A DNA stretch of 60,113 nt, counting the filler, from Sphacelaria rigidula (lineage: Eukaryota): assembly GCA_964200075.2 (NCBI GenBank). It is 8 parts of 8 records of this genome, joined end to end, with 100 filler letters (N's around TTAATTAATTAA, not from the genome) between each part and the next. Parts side by side here need not be neighbours in the genome. Positions count along the whole stretch, not along the records: positions 30,109 to 37,535 come from CAXNAA020014979.1; positions 37,636 to 45,061 come from CAXNAA020014980.1; positions 45,162 to 52,587 come from CAXNAA020014981.1; 5 more parts are not named here. The stretch is one strand, 5' to 3'. The translations under genes were made by a program, and so were the position numbers. Below, piece after piece: positions 37,280 to 50,573 of the stretch (positions are counted from its first letter, which is position 1; every line of letters starts with the position of its first letter). The notes beneath the pieces were generated by a model. The model was not told the origin of the DNA, did no database searches, and saw nothing but the letters and a program-made list of their open reading frames with translations.

Positions 37280-38607
37280 TTGATTTTTTATTTGTTGGCC
37301 CTTTGCAACAGCTTCCAAAGCAATTTTCCCGCTTATTACTGCGGCCTACGCAATAACATATGACGAAGATTAACGATGGGCATACGCCGGAGACACACCT
37401 AACACCCGTGATATCCCATCAGTACTGTGGCGTTGAGTTATATCTATTTTATTCGTCATTTTCCTACGAGCTGGGCCAGCCTAGAGGCTGCATGAACGTT
37501 TGCAGGCGGATGCGCCGGCCAATATTTGGAGTTAGNNNNNNNNNNNNNNNNNNNNNNNNNNNNNNNNNNNNNNNNNNNNTTAATTAATTAANNNNNNNNN
37601 NNNNNNNNNNNNNNNNNNNNNNNNNNNNNNNNNNNCCCCCCCCCCCCCCCCCCCCCCAGGGGTCCAGCCGTGGTCTCATGATAGACATAGTATGACAAAA
37701 AAAAGACAAAACACAAGGGAAAACATGAATAATACGCGCACGAACGGGAGAACACGGCGCCCCAAAGGGCGGCGTTTGACAAACACGCCAACAACAGCAA
37801 AACACACACACACACTAAGACATACGTAAGGCTTGAAGGAACAAAGCACAAATAAGAAAATCGTCGGCTACATGGGACGCGAGCCACGACAGGCCAAAAG
37901 CCAAAAGAGGGAAATTACATGGCTCGGCTCATCGAACAAGTCAGCAAAGGGCAAGTCATGACAAGACAAGGCGACAAGGGCCAAATGATGATGGCACTGT
38001 TTAATGCAACGTTTTTGAATGGTTTAAAAGCGTCACTACACGCCTTTTTGCTTGAACCACAATCTACCAATTTTGAACGTCCTACTCAACATCTCCTCCC
38101 AGGTGCTAGAGCCCTGTGCATGGGCAACGTGGTTGAAATGGTAGGGTCTGAGGCGTACACACTGTACTATATCACTCGTGCAAGCCTTTCAGATATCCTG
38201 GGGACAGTCTCAATAGCCCTGCGATATCCAGATATATCCAGTGTGTAGAAAACAGCGAAGATAGGTCGCCTACGTCTACGCAAGCCAGCCGAACGCCTGT
38301 TATGGACTATCAAGCGTTGCCAATAATTACGCCTTTGACTTACAGGGAGCACGGGCATAGTGTAGTAACTGGTCGCATCCAATCACCTACTGTATGCTAA
38401 CTCAAACCAGACCAATCGATGACAGAACCTTACTACGTGTGATGGGAAGGTCGGTTGTGGCTTTCCAGAGCTTAATGGGCGAGTGTTGGTCGTGCTGAAC
38501 CCACTCCCTACTACTGTCACCGGATATGTCAGCGCAGATGTCGCGGCTGACCAAAGAAATCGCGTCCTGCACTATTACACGGGGCCGTGTTCATTCTAAT
38601 CGCTCAC

Positions 38608-38799
38608 CTGTCAACTTGTTCCTGTTGCCAGGTGAGCCAGATAGATCCAGCTTGATGACACGCTCCTCTGTATTCACGCTAACGCCAGACCAGTACAATA
38701 TCTCCCGAGCGGTTTTCCAGCACTCGCTTTCGAGCCACTCTGGGCTACCGTTGGTATCATATAATCCGAAGAGCACCGAGCTGTCATTTGCGGCAAAAC
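38608..38799 (-). CDS. Leucine-rich-repeat protein N-terminal cap + first LRR exon (brown-algal LRR/ROCO-like)
   Basis: gtgcag|GT TTT...ACA G|gtgagc, 192 nt, phase 1-1: DSSVLFGLYDTNGSPEWLESECWKTAREILYWSGVSVNTEERVIKLDLSGSPGNRNKLT. This fits the LRRNT pattern L..LY..T.G..W....W......W.GV......RV..L.L....L.G. Confidence 0.75.
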
Positions 38800-41049
38800 C
38801 TGCACAGCGATACGAGAAGCCATCACATCGCATGATTTCAAAGAAACTTAGTTGGAAGTCAGTGGAGGCTTGAACATGTGAGAGGAGTACCGACATACAA
38901 ATAACGGGGACAACAACTAGTATGTGCTGTAATGCAGATGGCAACCAAAACAAGTGCTGCAAGTCGGGAAATAAAACCACATGAACGATGCTCCAGTCAC
39001 TGGCAGACAGTCAGAGCCTGCCTTTCCCCTTTTGACCACACGTGACTCATGTGGAGAGACGCGTACTATACTGAAGGCCCTCAGCATACGCAGTAACACA
39101 ATATTTACCAAACCGTCAACACGAATACAGGCAGCCTCGTGTTTTCCCTCTCTTGTCGTATATAGGTAGAGTCGGTGGTGCATCCCTCTGGACAGAACTG
39201 CGACAACGCGTGCCCACCAAGAGTGTAAGACGCGGTGTTTGGTGCACACTACACATTGAATAACGACTGCTGGTAGGCCTCTAGACTCCGGCAGTTTTAG
39301 ATATGATATCAAACAGGTGTCAACGACGGTGGCCGGCGGACATTAGTATCTACCAGCCCGGTGTACCCGACATGCAGATAAGACAACGAGGTTGTCGGGG
39401 CAAGCAACCCACAAAGGACTTTTATAAAATGAATCGTCAGCATTCCTATTTTCAATCGGTTCTTGGAGACCTGGGACCACGCCGGTATCTCTCAAAGCAA
39501 GTGCTTCAGCGATCAAGTAAATATGAAATGGGCCAAGTCCACCAATAGTGACGACAACGCCCGACTGCTATGGCGTATCTTCGGCCATTCCTCGACATGG
39601 GAGATTTGGTCGAAAGGAAAAGCATTAGGGTGCTGCCATTGGCTCACCGCTCTGAACCGCAACCACGCTGCTTCCCATTTTCCGAGTCCTAGGAAGCTCT
39701 CAACCTATGCTTAAAATGAACACATTGGCACTCTTATAAAGGACGCGGTGTGAACTGTTTGAATAAGGGTCAGGACGACGTAAGTTGGGGGGGAAAACGA
39801 GTGCCAAAAATTTAGGGGAAAAACACCCCTAACAGAAGAAGCACACACCCACACAAGGCCCGGTTCCACTAGAGCACGGGATGCTTTGAGTGCGCTTGGT
39901 CTAGTACAGGGTAACTACCTACGATATACTAACTTCACTGCGTGGGCTTTCAGCCAAGGTGCGCAATTTTGGCACCGTGCGTCTCGCAAAGATATTGCAC
40001 ATCATGTTCACGGATCGAAGCCAACACAGGCACATTAAACACATTTGAGGAAGAGCTCCCACACGGGACACCATGCACAGTTCGAGGGGCAGCGCAACTA
40101 TCTTGGTCAGGGCTTAAATTCCTTGTATCGATTATGTTTTGTTGGCTATCGGTATTTATCGGCCTTTATGGAGGATATCTCTTTTCAGTGACATGGCAGA
40201 GACTGGTGCCACACATGTATGCAGACCCAGCGCAAGCAGGGACAAGGTAGGAACGTTCCGGAAGGACCAGATCATCGAGGACCCTGTAATGCCGACGTAA
40301 CTAGACAACTCGGGGTGATTATAGAAAGAGCCTAATATAGGACAATCCAACATTCCCCGAGGAACTGGTCGCCCACGGCGACCACTCTCCTAGTCTGACT
40401 CCACTTCTTGCCTACATATAGAAGAGGAAATCATCGCCAGCGTCGGAGTTCCTTCGGCATCACGACGGCAGTGTCCCCCCGTAGGTCTCTGACTACTATA
40501 TTGTAGCGATAGGCCCTCCTCACACTGGCGACACCAGAGCAAACCTCAAGCACGACAGGCCTTAGAAGTGAACAAATTGGAGCGAGAACCGACTGCTCCC
40601 CGACACCGGAAGTACTAGCGTCCCCGAAGGAACGCTACTCCAGGTGAAGCGTATGGGGCATGTGCTTAATTATTCGAGTTGGGAAGCTATTGGAGTCATG
40701 TGTTTGGATCAATGCGATATTAGCCCTCTCAAGGTGCATTTATATGTCACCCACATGACTAATTGAAGAGCGAAGCGCGAGTTTAGACTCCTCACGGTGC
40801 AGTATATGTCACCTGTACGGCTAGCCAAACAGCGAAACCGCGAAATTAGTCTATTCAATGGGCACTTTACGTCACGAGAACGGCTGACACAACAGCGAAT
40901 CAACAATCAACCAACCTTCCACCACCATCACGCGAAAGGCACGGCAATTAATCAAGCAGGCAGACCTCTGGAAACGCGGTGACTCGAAATAGCATCAACG
41001 AATAAGTTACCCAACCTGCGAATGCACGCCCTTCTCATTCTCTACCAGT

Positions 41050-43578
41050 TAGCGAACGAAACAAAAGAGGTGTATCGGATGGTCTTACCGCATCCCAGCT
41101 CATAAGCTGAGAGAGGTTGAAAAGTACAGACAAGTTCAAGATCCCACACCTCATCTTGCATGGAATGTTCAAAGTCTCAACCGTCTGGTGAAGAAAACAT
41201 ATCGGAGGAATGCGGGTTTCTCGGTCAGTTCAAAAACTCACTCCTCCAGAAGGGCACCAAAACAGCCCTCAGTTGTGGTGTGAAAATACATACGAAGAGC
41301 AGAAGCTGGAAAGAGCACGATGGGAGTTGGTCCCTAAGTAGCCTTCAGAGCAGCTGTGGGAAAAACAATAAACCACACGAAGGACATTCATCAAACATGT
41401 AGCTCAACTTGTTGAGGCTCTCAAGTATGTTACACTCTGCGCCGTACCCCAAGGGATCGGTAACGTTACTACCCGTTGTAAGCAGGGGCTGTTGATTCCA
41501 CATCGAAACACCAGTCTAATTGTTTTTTTCAACACGATCTTGGACGATCACTATTATGACTCATACAATATATCACCGCTCGTCAGGTATACAGATGAGC
41601 CCCTAGCGCTATCCTGGGCATCAGCCGCGCTAGAGTCGCAGCCAGAGCAAACGGTACCCTCGCTGAAAAAATCACAATCGATTCCGCAGCAGGATGTACA
41701 GGGTATCAGCAGAAGTTCATCCATGAACATTTGGCCATCATGGCAGCTGATATGAAGCCAGTACCGCCAGGACCCAAAGATCTCAGGAGCGCGGAATAAA
41801 ACATCCGAGGGTTCCGGCATAGAATGGCAGCATGAGTTGAAACAGAAAACACTCCGTGGACAACAACAACAACTGTCGTGCAGCCACGCATAATAACCGA
41901 GGAGGACACTCGATCGCCGGATGTACCTCAAGCACTCACGCGCATCAGCCTTTCAAGGACAGCAGGCACGTAGTAGGTGACGAACAAGAAACAGAAATGG
42001 TACAAATTACCAACCTGTCGAGCCCACATGTGGACCCTGAAAAACCTCCTTGATAATGATAAGAGACAGAAAGCCGGAGAAACTCGATGTTATTCCGGAC
42101 ACCCTCACGATTGTTTGCGCTACTACAACCATGTGGTAACGTGCCAAACGACCATGTGCTGCAAATAGCTGAGCCACAGATCACCGTCAAATATCAACGA
42201 AGAAGAAGCTAGACTGTTTGAAGCCAGTGCAAAGCGACCGAGAGCTGTCAGTCAACCGGCCAGAATGTGACTATGGGACACCTTCCAGTAAGACGGCTAG
42301 ACGACAGAGTGCCGGCAAACCTAGTCGAACGCAAAACGAATTCGATGTAAAATGCTGGAGTACTAGGTAAATATGTACTCTCCGTAGTGGACCACCTCAC
42401 CAAAAACTCTTTTTGGCAGTCTTTACTACATTTGGCATCCCGGGAAAGCTGCGTTTCAATTGAAGAGCCAAGCAGCAACACCCGAAGAATTTTCAAGGAA
42501 ACACGGGAAAACCTACAGTTTGGATTTGAAATTGCAAGACAAGTCCTACGAGAAGAACGAACGAGCAAGAAAACAAGAACAAATTCAAATCTTTCCCGGT
42601 GTTCAAACCCGACCAAAAGGTACTCTTGTACCCACCATAACAGGACTCAGGAAGGCCGAGCCCGAAACTCCAATCTACATGGAGAGGACCTTTCATGGTA
42701 ACCGAGAGACGATCGCCGGTGGTGCACATAATCAAAATAGGCGACGACTCTCAAGAAATGTCAGTACATCTCGCTTACTTGAAAAAATATCACCCGTGGG
42801 AAACACGACCGGCATCAGATGTCGATAAACTGACCGAGTTGTTCCTAGATAAACAGATACCTCTACCAGAGAGACCAACCACACAAAACATTGCCCACAA
42901 TAAAACGCTGCGCTGCCGAAAAAAGTGGTAGGTAACGCGCCAGGCCCAGGTCGAAGAAGTCGCTACAACGGTCAATATCTGTTGAGACTTCAGGGCTACG
43001 GCCCAGCGGCTGACCTGACCTACCGTAGAATTGCTCAGCACCCGACTTTGACAAAGGGTTAGCTGAATGCTCACATCCAGACTCGGAATCCAAACCTACA
43101 GGGAAACAGAAACGGATGTGACTGTTGAAAAGACTGTTCGAGCGTCCAAGCAAAACGCTCAAAGATTGAGCAGTAACCTGATATCAAAATTCGGACATTG
43201 ATGAGACTCAGAAGCTACAGTCCAATAGCTGACTTAAGCTATCGAGCTGACGAAACAACACAAGGTAGGCACCTCCGCGATATATACCGTCATGACAACG
43301 GGTTAGCAAAGCGCTCACATCCGAAGTCGAAACCCCAAAATACCGGGTAACGGAAACGGATGTGACTGTTCAACAGACTGTTCGAGCGTACTAGCAACAC
43401 GCTCAAGGGTTGAGCAGTAGCCCAGAGTCACAGTTCGGAGATCAAGGAGAGTCAGAAGAAAAGAAAACGAAAAAACAACGATAGAACAGTGCAGACATGA
43501 ACGGAAACATATCTGACATGTCAACGGTGACCGGAGTGCAACTTCCCAAGGAAGATAGCCTCTCCGCAACAGGGGTAG
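41050..43578 (+). mobile_element. Highly degenerate Ty3/Gypsy remnant (RT traces, integrase GPF motif, chromodomain-like tail)
   Basis: YRIPAHKLREVEK (~41087); PKLQSTWRGPFMVTERRSPVVHII..VHLAYLKKY (~42660-42790); RPGPGRRSRYNGQYLLRLQGYGPAADLTY (~42937-43025); candidate polypurine tract AGGGGTAG|TG at 43571-43580. Confidence 0.75.
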
Positions 43579-43669
43579 TGCTGATAATTTTGACGATGTC
43601 AAGACAAAAAAAGTCCAATGCTCACAGGCCGAAAATACGTATTCACCGCTTTGTTACTAACACGAAGAC

Positions 43670-45020
43670 GATGTACTATTTCGGTGTCAGCGGAACCGAA
43701 GGAATCCCAGAACCCGGACATGAAACACCCAGGCGCCCGTGGACCGATCAGTGTCCCAGTGCCCAGGCATGTAGAAACAGCAGATGCATCCAGCACCAAA
43801 GTGCACCGCATCTTGAGGATTATCACATGGGACACGCGTATATGCCACAATATGATACTTCCTCTGTTCGGAAATGCCACAAAATAATACTTCCTCTGTT
43901 CGGAAATATAGGCTCTCTCGGAAATATCGGGAATATAACCTCGCTTCAGGAAGTACGTCGTATGCGAAAAACGCGGTTTTTGCTCAGGCCACCACCGGTA
44001 TGTGTTCCGCACATCATTTGTACCATGTGCAACAAAAAAAAAAGCAGGGAATGACGTGATTTTGCCCCCGGAAAAAAAACACCCCCACGCAAGATGACAC
44101 CCCCCAGAATGGGCTGGTTGCCGGCGTTGCTCGTGTGCTGTTGTTTCTTCGGACCACAAAAAAAGTGGTTCTACGAGCTCCGCCGAATCGGCACGAATTC
44201 CGCCGGATAAGGCGATTGAAAACAATCTAGGGGGAAGGCCTCCAACCGGTGGTTGTCCCTCTCTTCGGCCAGGGACTCTGTGGTCACCTGGGGTATAGGT
44301 CGTGTTGTACGGTGGACTGACCAAAGACCTCGGTTTTCGGGGTGTTCTTCAGGTCGTCACGAAATTAAAAAAAGCACAAAAAGCACAAAAAAAACGCATT
44401 TGGGCCAAAGTTATGCCTCTTCTTCTCTGAGAGAGCCTATATTCCCGAACAGAGGAAGAACGAAGCAAAGAACATGTCGATGTTTCACCAAAAAGCACAA
44501 TGCTCGCAAGATGAACATCAGGCCCACTAACGCGAGGACTTTGTCCTGTACTCCGGTGTCAGTGGAACCAAAGGTATCCCAGAACCCAGGCAGGAATACT
44601 CCAAGCGCCCGTGGACCGGGTCCGTGTCCCAGTGCCTAGTCAGGTATACCTAACTGATGCAGCCTGCACCAAAGTGCACAAAGCATCCCATAACAAATGT
44701 GTCACTCACGATGCATCTATTTGACACAATACAAGAAGCGAAGGTCGTTTTGACGGTGTTTAGCCAAAACAGCACGATGCTCCCAGGTGAAAAACAAAAT
44801 ATATGCATGTATGTATCGTCAACACCGCCTTGTTTCTAACCCGAGACTTGACCCTACTTAGGTGTCTGCGGAACCGAAGGCATCCCAAACCCGGGCAGAA
44901 ATACCCCAGGCGCCTGTGGACCGATCAGTGTTCCAGTGCCCAGTTATGCATACCAGCAGATGCAACTAGCACCCAAGTGCAAATACTTCTGATGGAAACA
45001 TGTCACACATGACAGCTGTA
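43670..45020 (+). repeat. Three diverged copies of a ~200-300-bp satellite-like unit
   Basis: The core GGTGTCAGCGGAACCGAAGGxATCCCAGAACCCGG...GCGCCCGTGGACCGATCAGTGTCCCAGTGCC...GATGCA..CAGCACCAAAGTGCA occurs at ~43683, ~44555 and ~44861. Confidence 0.85.
43890..44458. mobile_element. MITE inserted between satellite units
   Basis: TIR CTTCCTCTGTTCGGAAATATAGGCTCTCTC ... GAGAGAGCCTATATTCCCGAACAGAGGAAG (29/30 identical). The left end is partly duplicated at 43842-43875. Confidence 0.8.
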
Positions 45021-45161
45021 CGACAGAAGAAAAAAAAATAGAGGATTTCGAACACATGCACNNNNNNNNNNNNNNNNNNNNNNNNNNNNNNNNNNNNNNN
45101 NNNNNTTAATTAATTAANNNNNNNNNNNNNNNNNNNNNNNNNNNNNNNNNNNNNNNNNNNN

Positions 45162-45388
45162 GGACACGTATGTTCCCGTTCGAGGTGCCCAAAAATCCCC
45201 TTTTGAAAGGGGGATTTCAGGAAGTGTTTTTGCACTTCCTGAAATCCCTTCCAGAGAGGGGATTTCTGTGCACATTGAGGGGATTTTTTATTTGGGGGGG
45301 GGGGTGGTATCGTAGCGCCCAATCAGCGGTCGTTTTTCAAAAAGGGGGTTTTGAAAAAGGGGATTATCCCCTTCGTTAAGACAGGCCC
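45162..45388. repeat. Second copy (inverted) of the 22224-22442 palindromic repeat
   Basis: Reverse-complement match along ~220 bp. Confidence 0.85.
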
Positions 45389-48300
45389 TCACGGCTGTCC
45401 AAATGGTCAATTTGTTTCCCTCCAGGTGGACTTCGGGCGGACTACTCCGCTGTCTAGCCGTATATTTCTCACTTTGGTCATGTCAATTCAATCATAAATT
45501 AATTACCTATTAATTAATTACCTATTAATTCCCAAATGACGTGCTTTTCACACTTCTCGTTGTGGTATATGCTGCTTGCCTACGGCCCTCATGTGTTGCC
45601 AGCATAGCTTCACACTGCCTGTAGTGTCGTGGAACATCAAGCAGCGATATCAGGAGCGTGCAGTAGACTGTTCAATGGAGAGCGATGACACGGTCCTTTT
45701 TTCTTGCCGCGTTGTATCCAGCGGAGACGTGTAGCACACAACATACATGCTAGCTGTCACCATACGAGTAGGCGGCAGGGTCAAAACTGGTGAAAGGTCC
45801 TCCGGGACTATCTCCAGTATAGATGCCAAATATTCACACGTTCATGTAAAAGGCGTTCTGTGTAGCGAGAAAAGAGCTGCGTTCTGAACCCCAAAATTTG
45901 AAATGTGGCATCGTGCACCTCAGTCCACCTGCAGCCTACGCGTGGGGGGGCGCTCTCTAATGGTTATTGAATTCCCCCATGATGTTCACTTTATTTGCGC
46001 CAATAACTTCGGGCGATTCAATTTTTTCAGCTATCATCATATTTTCCCATCACACTTTTTTTACCCACTCGAGACCCCCTCCTTCTTCGGGACGAGTATC
46101 TGATCTCAGGGATCAACCCATCTCTTCCTCGCGTCCTCACGCCTTCGCAGTTCGGCGGTGGGAATCATATATTTCGAAGGAGAGAAAAACGCATCTGACG
46201 GGAGTCGAATCAACGTTCTTTTCACCCTGATGGAGATAGTCTGATCCTTTGACCCCAGTTTGTCGTGTACTTTTCCCAGTATAGTTTTGGTAAACGACCT
46301 TTTCCTTTGTATAACACCAACATCATCAAAACAAAAAAAGCCCAGCTCGTACTGGAAAGGGGAGCCCGCGTCTGTGACGACCACAGTTCGAGAGAAATGC
46401 TGACTTGCGTAAATGATGGTAATACGAACAACAGTCGCTGCTGTCGATGAGACAATATCTTTGATGAAGTCGCCCCCCGTCGCCATCAAGTCCAAGGCAG
46501 TGGTACCAGAGGTAAAAAGCTATGAGGGCGCCGGGTTGTGAGTACGGTTTTCCCTCCAACATTTTCTCCCCTTGTACACGTGCCCCTTCAAGCGCGGGAG
46601 CACACCGGGTGAACACCACCCCTACCAGTCTCTACTGATGATGGCACAACAACTGTATCTATGTGTCTCACGTTAACGTTTCGACAACAGTACAGTCAGT
46701 CACTACACAGGAGTTACATACGGAGAGTTCCACTGAGGCTGATTAAATGTCGGTGCACCGATGCAGCGAACTTAGAACACAATTCGTGAACTCATCTGTA
46801 CAATGACCGCACACGTCGACAATAGAATGATGATGTTCTTTGTTGCTAGGCCGAAGCAGGAGTTTTCTGGGAAGAGCTGTCAATCCTAACTTAACCCACA
46901 TCACAATTCTCATGATATTTGATGCAATGTACGATTGTTGTACGGTTGTCTCGAAAAGTATAAGAGTTCCGGACGGCCATGATGTACCATGCATCCTCCC
47001 CTGGTTTTCGTGTTCGGAGCTACTGCTACGCATTAGCATAGTCATCCGTTAACTCCTTTTCTACGTACCCGGAGCAGACCAGTGCAGAAGCGCTTGAAGT
47101 GCGGTGAGTCTTTTATCTAGTAAGACAAGACCTTTAGACCCTTGTTCAGTAATAGTCATCAAACGAGCTCTGCATACTCTAGAGATAGCACTCACAATCG
47201 TATAGAGTAAACCCACAGAAGTCCAAAGCATTGCGAAAAAGACAAAAGGGACCCATACGAAGTATAACACCCCCTTGTGATGAGATTTTCTCCCTCGCTC
47301 AACTTTCTCGAAACCAAGAACCCATCAAGACTACCTGCGGGCCTTCTTTGTGTCTGTAGATGTCGACGAGGGACTACCAAGGGTGTGGGTCACGCTGTCA
47401 TGTAAATAATATAATACAAGGAGATCCTGGCTGGACATGTTGTCCTCGTGGGGCGTTTTGCGCCCACGGTACACGACGGCGCACACAGCTCCTCTCTTCG
47501 CGAGCACGAAGTCGGCAATACAACACATTTCCCCATGCGTGTGCAGTATGTTGTGTGTGTGGCTGAGTACCCGGGGCCACATACGAGGTGTTGCTGAAGC
47601 AGCACATTATTCCAAGTGAGGAGGTTCTCAGTTTCGAACTCTTCCACAACGTGTTTCTCTGCTGAAAATGCTGAAGTCTTGCAACACGGGCCAATTTATT
47701 CTGTTGTACTGTAGGTGTTCTCAAACAGGGGCGGGACGACCAGAGCGAGACGGCAAGCGCACGCTGTTCTGTGTTGCCCACATCCGACCCCAGCAGTCGT
47801 GCATCAAGTGCTACCTATGATTTCTTCGAAGGCAGCTATGTTTTCCGCACCCGTCACCCACGAAACTACAGTAATCTCCGTTCACGTCGTGCTTATCGGT
47901 TTTTCTGGTGCGTATTTTGGCTGGCGTGCTTCCAACCCCGTCTTTCTTTGACTGCCGGGCGGCGGTTATCTATTCGTTGAATCGCCATCATGTTCGCTTG
48001 AAAATGGATGTCAGACGCAGATGACCCACCAAAGGTTAACTCTCTGACAGCGCGGTTCGTCTCGGAGCAGCTTTTACAGCTGACAGTCCAGGGGTAGCCA
48101 AGGATTTCGCAGGGGTGAGGAGGAGAGGAAATGGGGGGGAGGGGGGGGGGGGGCTTTCAAGATGCTCTCTTAACGGGACAAAAGAAAAGAAGCGGAGAGG
48201 AAAGCAGCATGTTGATTTGTGTCCGCGATATTACCCCGCTGCGTGATGTGTTGGCGGCCAATCAACACGCTGCTTTTTGCTTTTTGACAATTGCTTCGCT

Positions 48301-50492
48301 ATTCACTTGTTTTTTTTGGTCCCGTAGAGATAGGTCCCAAGCGGGAAAGACGCGAGACCCTTGGAGCAAGCTTCCCGTGCTACCTATGCGTATTTCCAGG
48401 AATTTCTGAGGTCGAGCAACAGGCTTCCAAAGCCTGAACGCAGAATCACTATTAACTATTAACAGTATAGTCACACCCGTACAGATCTACAACTTTGTTG
48501 GACCCGAAGGGCCAATACTTGTCTACAAAGTGGTCCCTTGTGGCACCGTTGATCATTCCACCAACCCAAACAAAACCAACCCTAACCCTCGACTATGCAC
48601 TGGGTAGCGATACACTGTAATGTACAGGTTGTATTCTGCGGCTGATGGGGAAAAATCCGTGTGCAGGATGCAGCAGTAGTACTGGTACACACATCACAGT
48701 TGCGATACAGACAGTTGGGGCGATATGACTTGCAGTGCACATGATTACATGCTCGAGGTGCTCCAAGATAGTGAAAAACATGAGCAGATAACGGGTTGAC
48801 ATCTGTATATCGCAGGAGTAGCGGTAGTCAGCGTGCACCACCTACACAAGGGATCATCAACGTATGTTTCAACACCGCACGAGATTGGCTAGGCGAAGAC
48901 GAACACAAGCATGACCCACTGGCTCAACACCGGTTGTAGAAGTTCTCCCGTATACATACCCATAGAAATACTCAGCATCCATCTCTGTTCGTGTGAATTA
49001 GCCCCCCTGTGTCATTTGAGCAACAGTTACTCTGATACCAAATTACCACAGTAGTCCATCTTAGATATTTATCGTACATCAATGTAGACTGAATTTGCAG
49101 CGGGACATAGTTTACCTTGTAACTATCAATCAGATCGCTCCATTCTGCTCGGGAATTGCTAGGGGAATAGTCTCAAAGCTAGCGTTCGTTCGGTCTAATC
49201 TCACGGGCAATCATGCCCGCATTCACATGTTCCAACAAAGTGCGCAGTACAGTACAGTACAGTCGTACATTGCACGAGCCAAACAGCTTGCGTAGCAGCC
49301 GGCAGCGCCCTGTTCGCTTTACACAAGACGAAACAACCCACATACCATGAAGTTTTCAACAGTGTGCAAACACCACTGCGTGTCGACTGACATTATTTCC
49401 TGCGGAGACGAACGCAACGAAAATATCGCAGCTGGGGCAATCCAAGAGCCATGTTCGCAATGTTTACGCCCACGGTACAATGATAGCTGCAGCACATGAG
49501 AGCGGGCATGAAGGCGTCGGTGTGTGTTTTGCCGCGACACAGTGAAACAGGACACGTCCCATGTCTTGGTCCTTCGCCTGATTCGGAATAGGTCCTCAGT
49601 TCTGGGCGGTGCCGAGTTCGAACGCTCGACCACAATCGCAATTCACGTTGAGTTACCCCTATCTCTGTGTGGGAGGTCTGGCTTGTCTTGCGGGCTTCGC
49701 CCGCTAATTTAATGAATTGAATTTTGTCCCGGTATAGTCTCAGTCTGCCTACATCTACGAGGGGTCACAAGTCATCAGTCGTCCGAACGCGCGAAGCAGT
49801 TCCATCGAACCCGTATATTGCCATTGCACCACTGCTGTGTATTTGGGAGTTTGTCAATGATGACTGCTGCACTAGAGATGCGAACCTCTCCCGTGGTGAA
49901 ATAATGAAGCTCCTCGTGATGAGCTAAAGAGAGGCACCGGGGGCACGGCAAGAGGGCCAAGCCAGGCGAAATCAGACACGATGGTGTTGCCTTGTATGCC
50001 TGACCGGCACGTGCGCACATTGGTGGTATCCTCAATGGCATTGGTAAGTTGCTCTCTGTCTCCCCTTATCCATGGGCTACTGGGCTGAAAAATAAAGCCA
50101 AACTGATTTTCTGTGCTGCATGTTTCTCTGTGTCAGGTTGTTCCGCAATTGGTCCCTGGCAAAAAAGCACGAAGCAGCGGCAGAAAAAGGGCGGGTTAAC
50201 GAGCAGGAGCCAACCACATTAGTTGGAGCCGTGCGCGTGTTGGGCTTCTCGGAGAGCTAAGAGAGCAAGCAGCCTGTTACAATCCAATTGCCGCACCTGG
50301 GGAAACAAATAAAAGGCACGGGAAGCTGTGAGAGAAGTTTACGCACGCACTACATGAGGTTCACAGGCGGCTTGCAGGCGGCAGCGTGAAATACAGGAAC
50401 TTTGGAACGCGGACAGAAATCATATACATAACGAAGCATATATTCGTGTTTTCCGGGCTTCAGCAGCAGCAGCAGCAGCAGAAGCAGCAGCG

Positions 50493-50573
50493 ATGACAGA
50501 TCGCACAGACGACTTTCGTCTGATCGCGGCAGCGCTACCGCCTCCTGCAGGAGTTCCGTTACCTCGCCCGAAG
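50493..50573 (+). CDS. Syntaxin-family Qa-SNARE first exon (SYP8/STX18- or STX5-like N-peptide)
   Basis: MTDRTDDFRLIAAALPPPAGVPLPRPK|gtaaaa. DRTxxF is the N-peptide motif of ER/Golgi syntaxins. It is preceded by a (CAG)n tract at 50461-50491. A possible exon 2 lies at 51604-51691. Confidence 0.6.
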
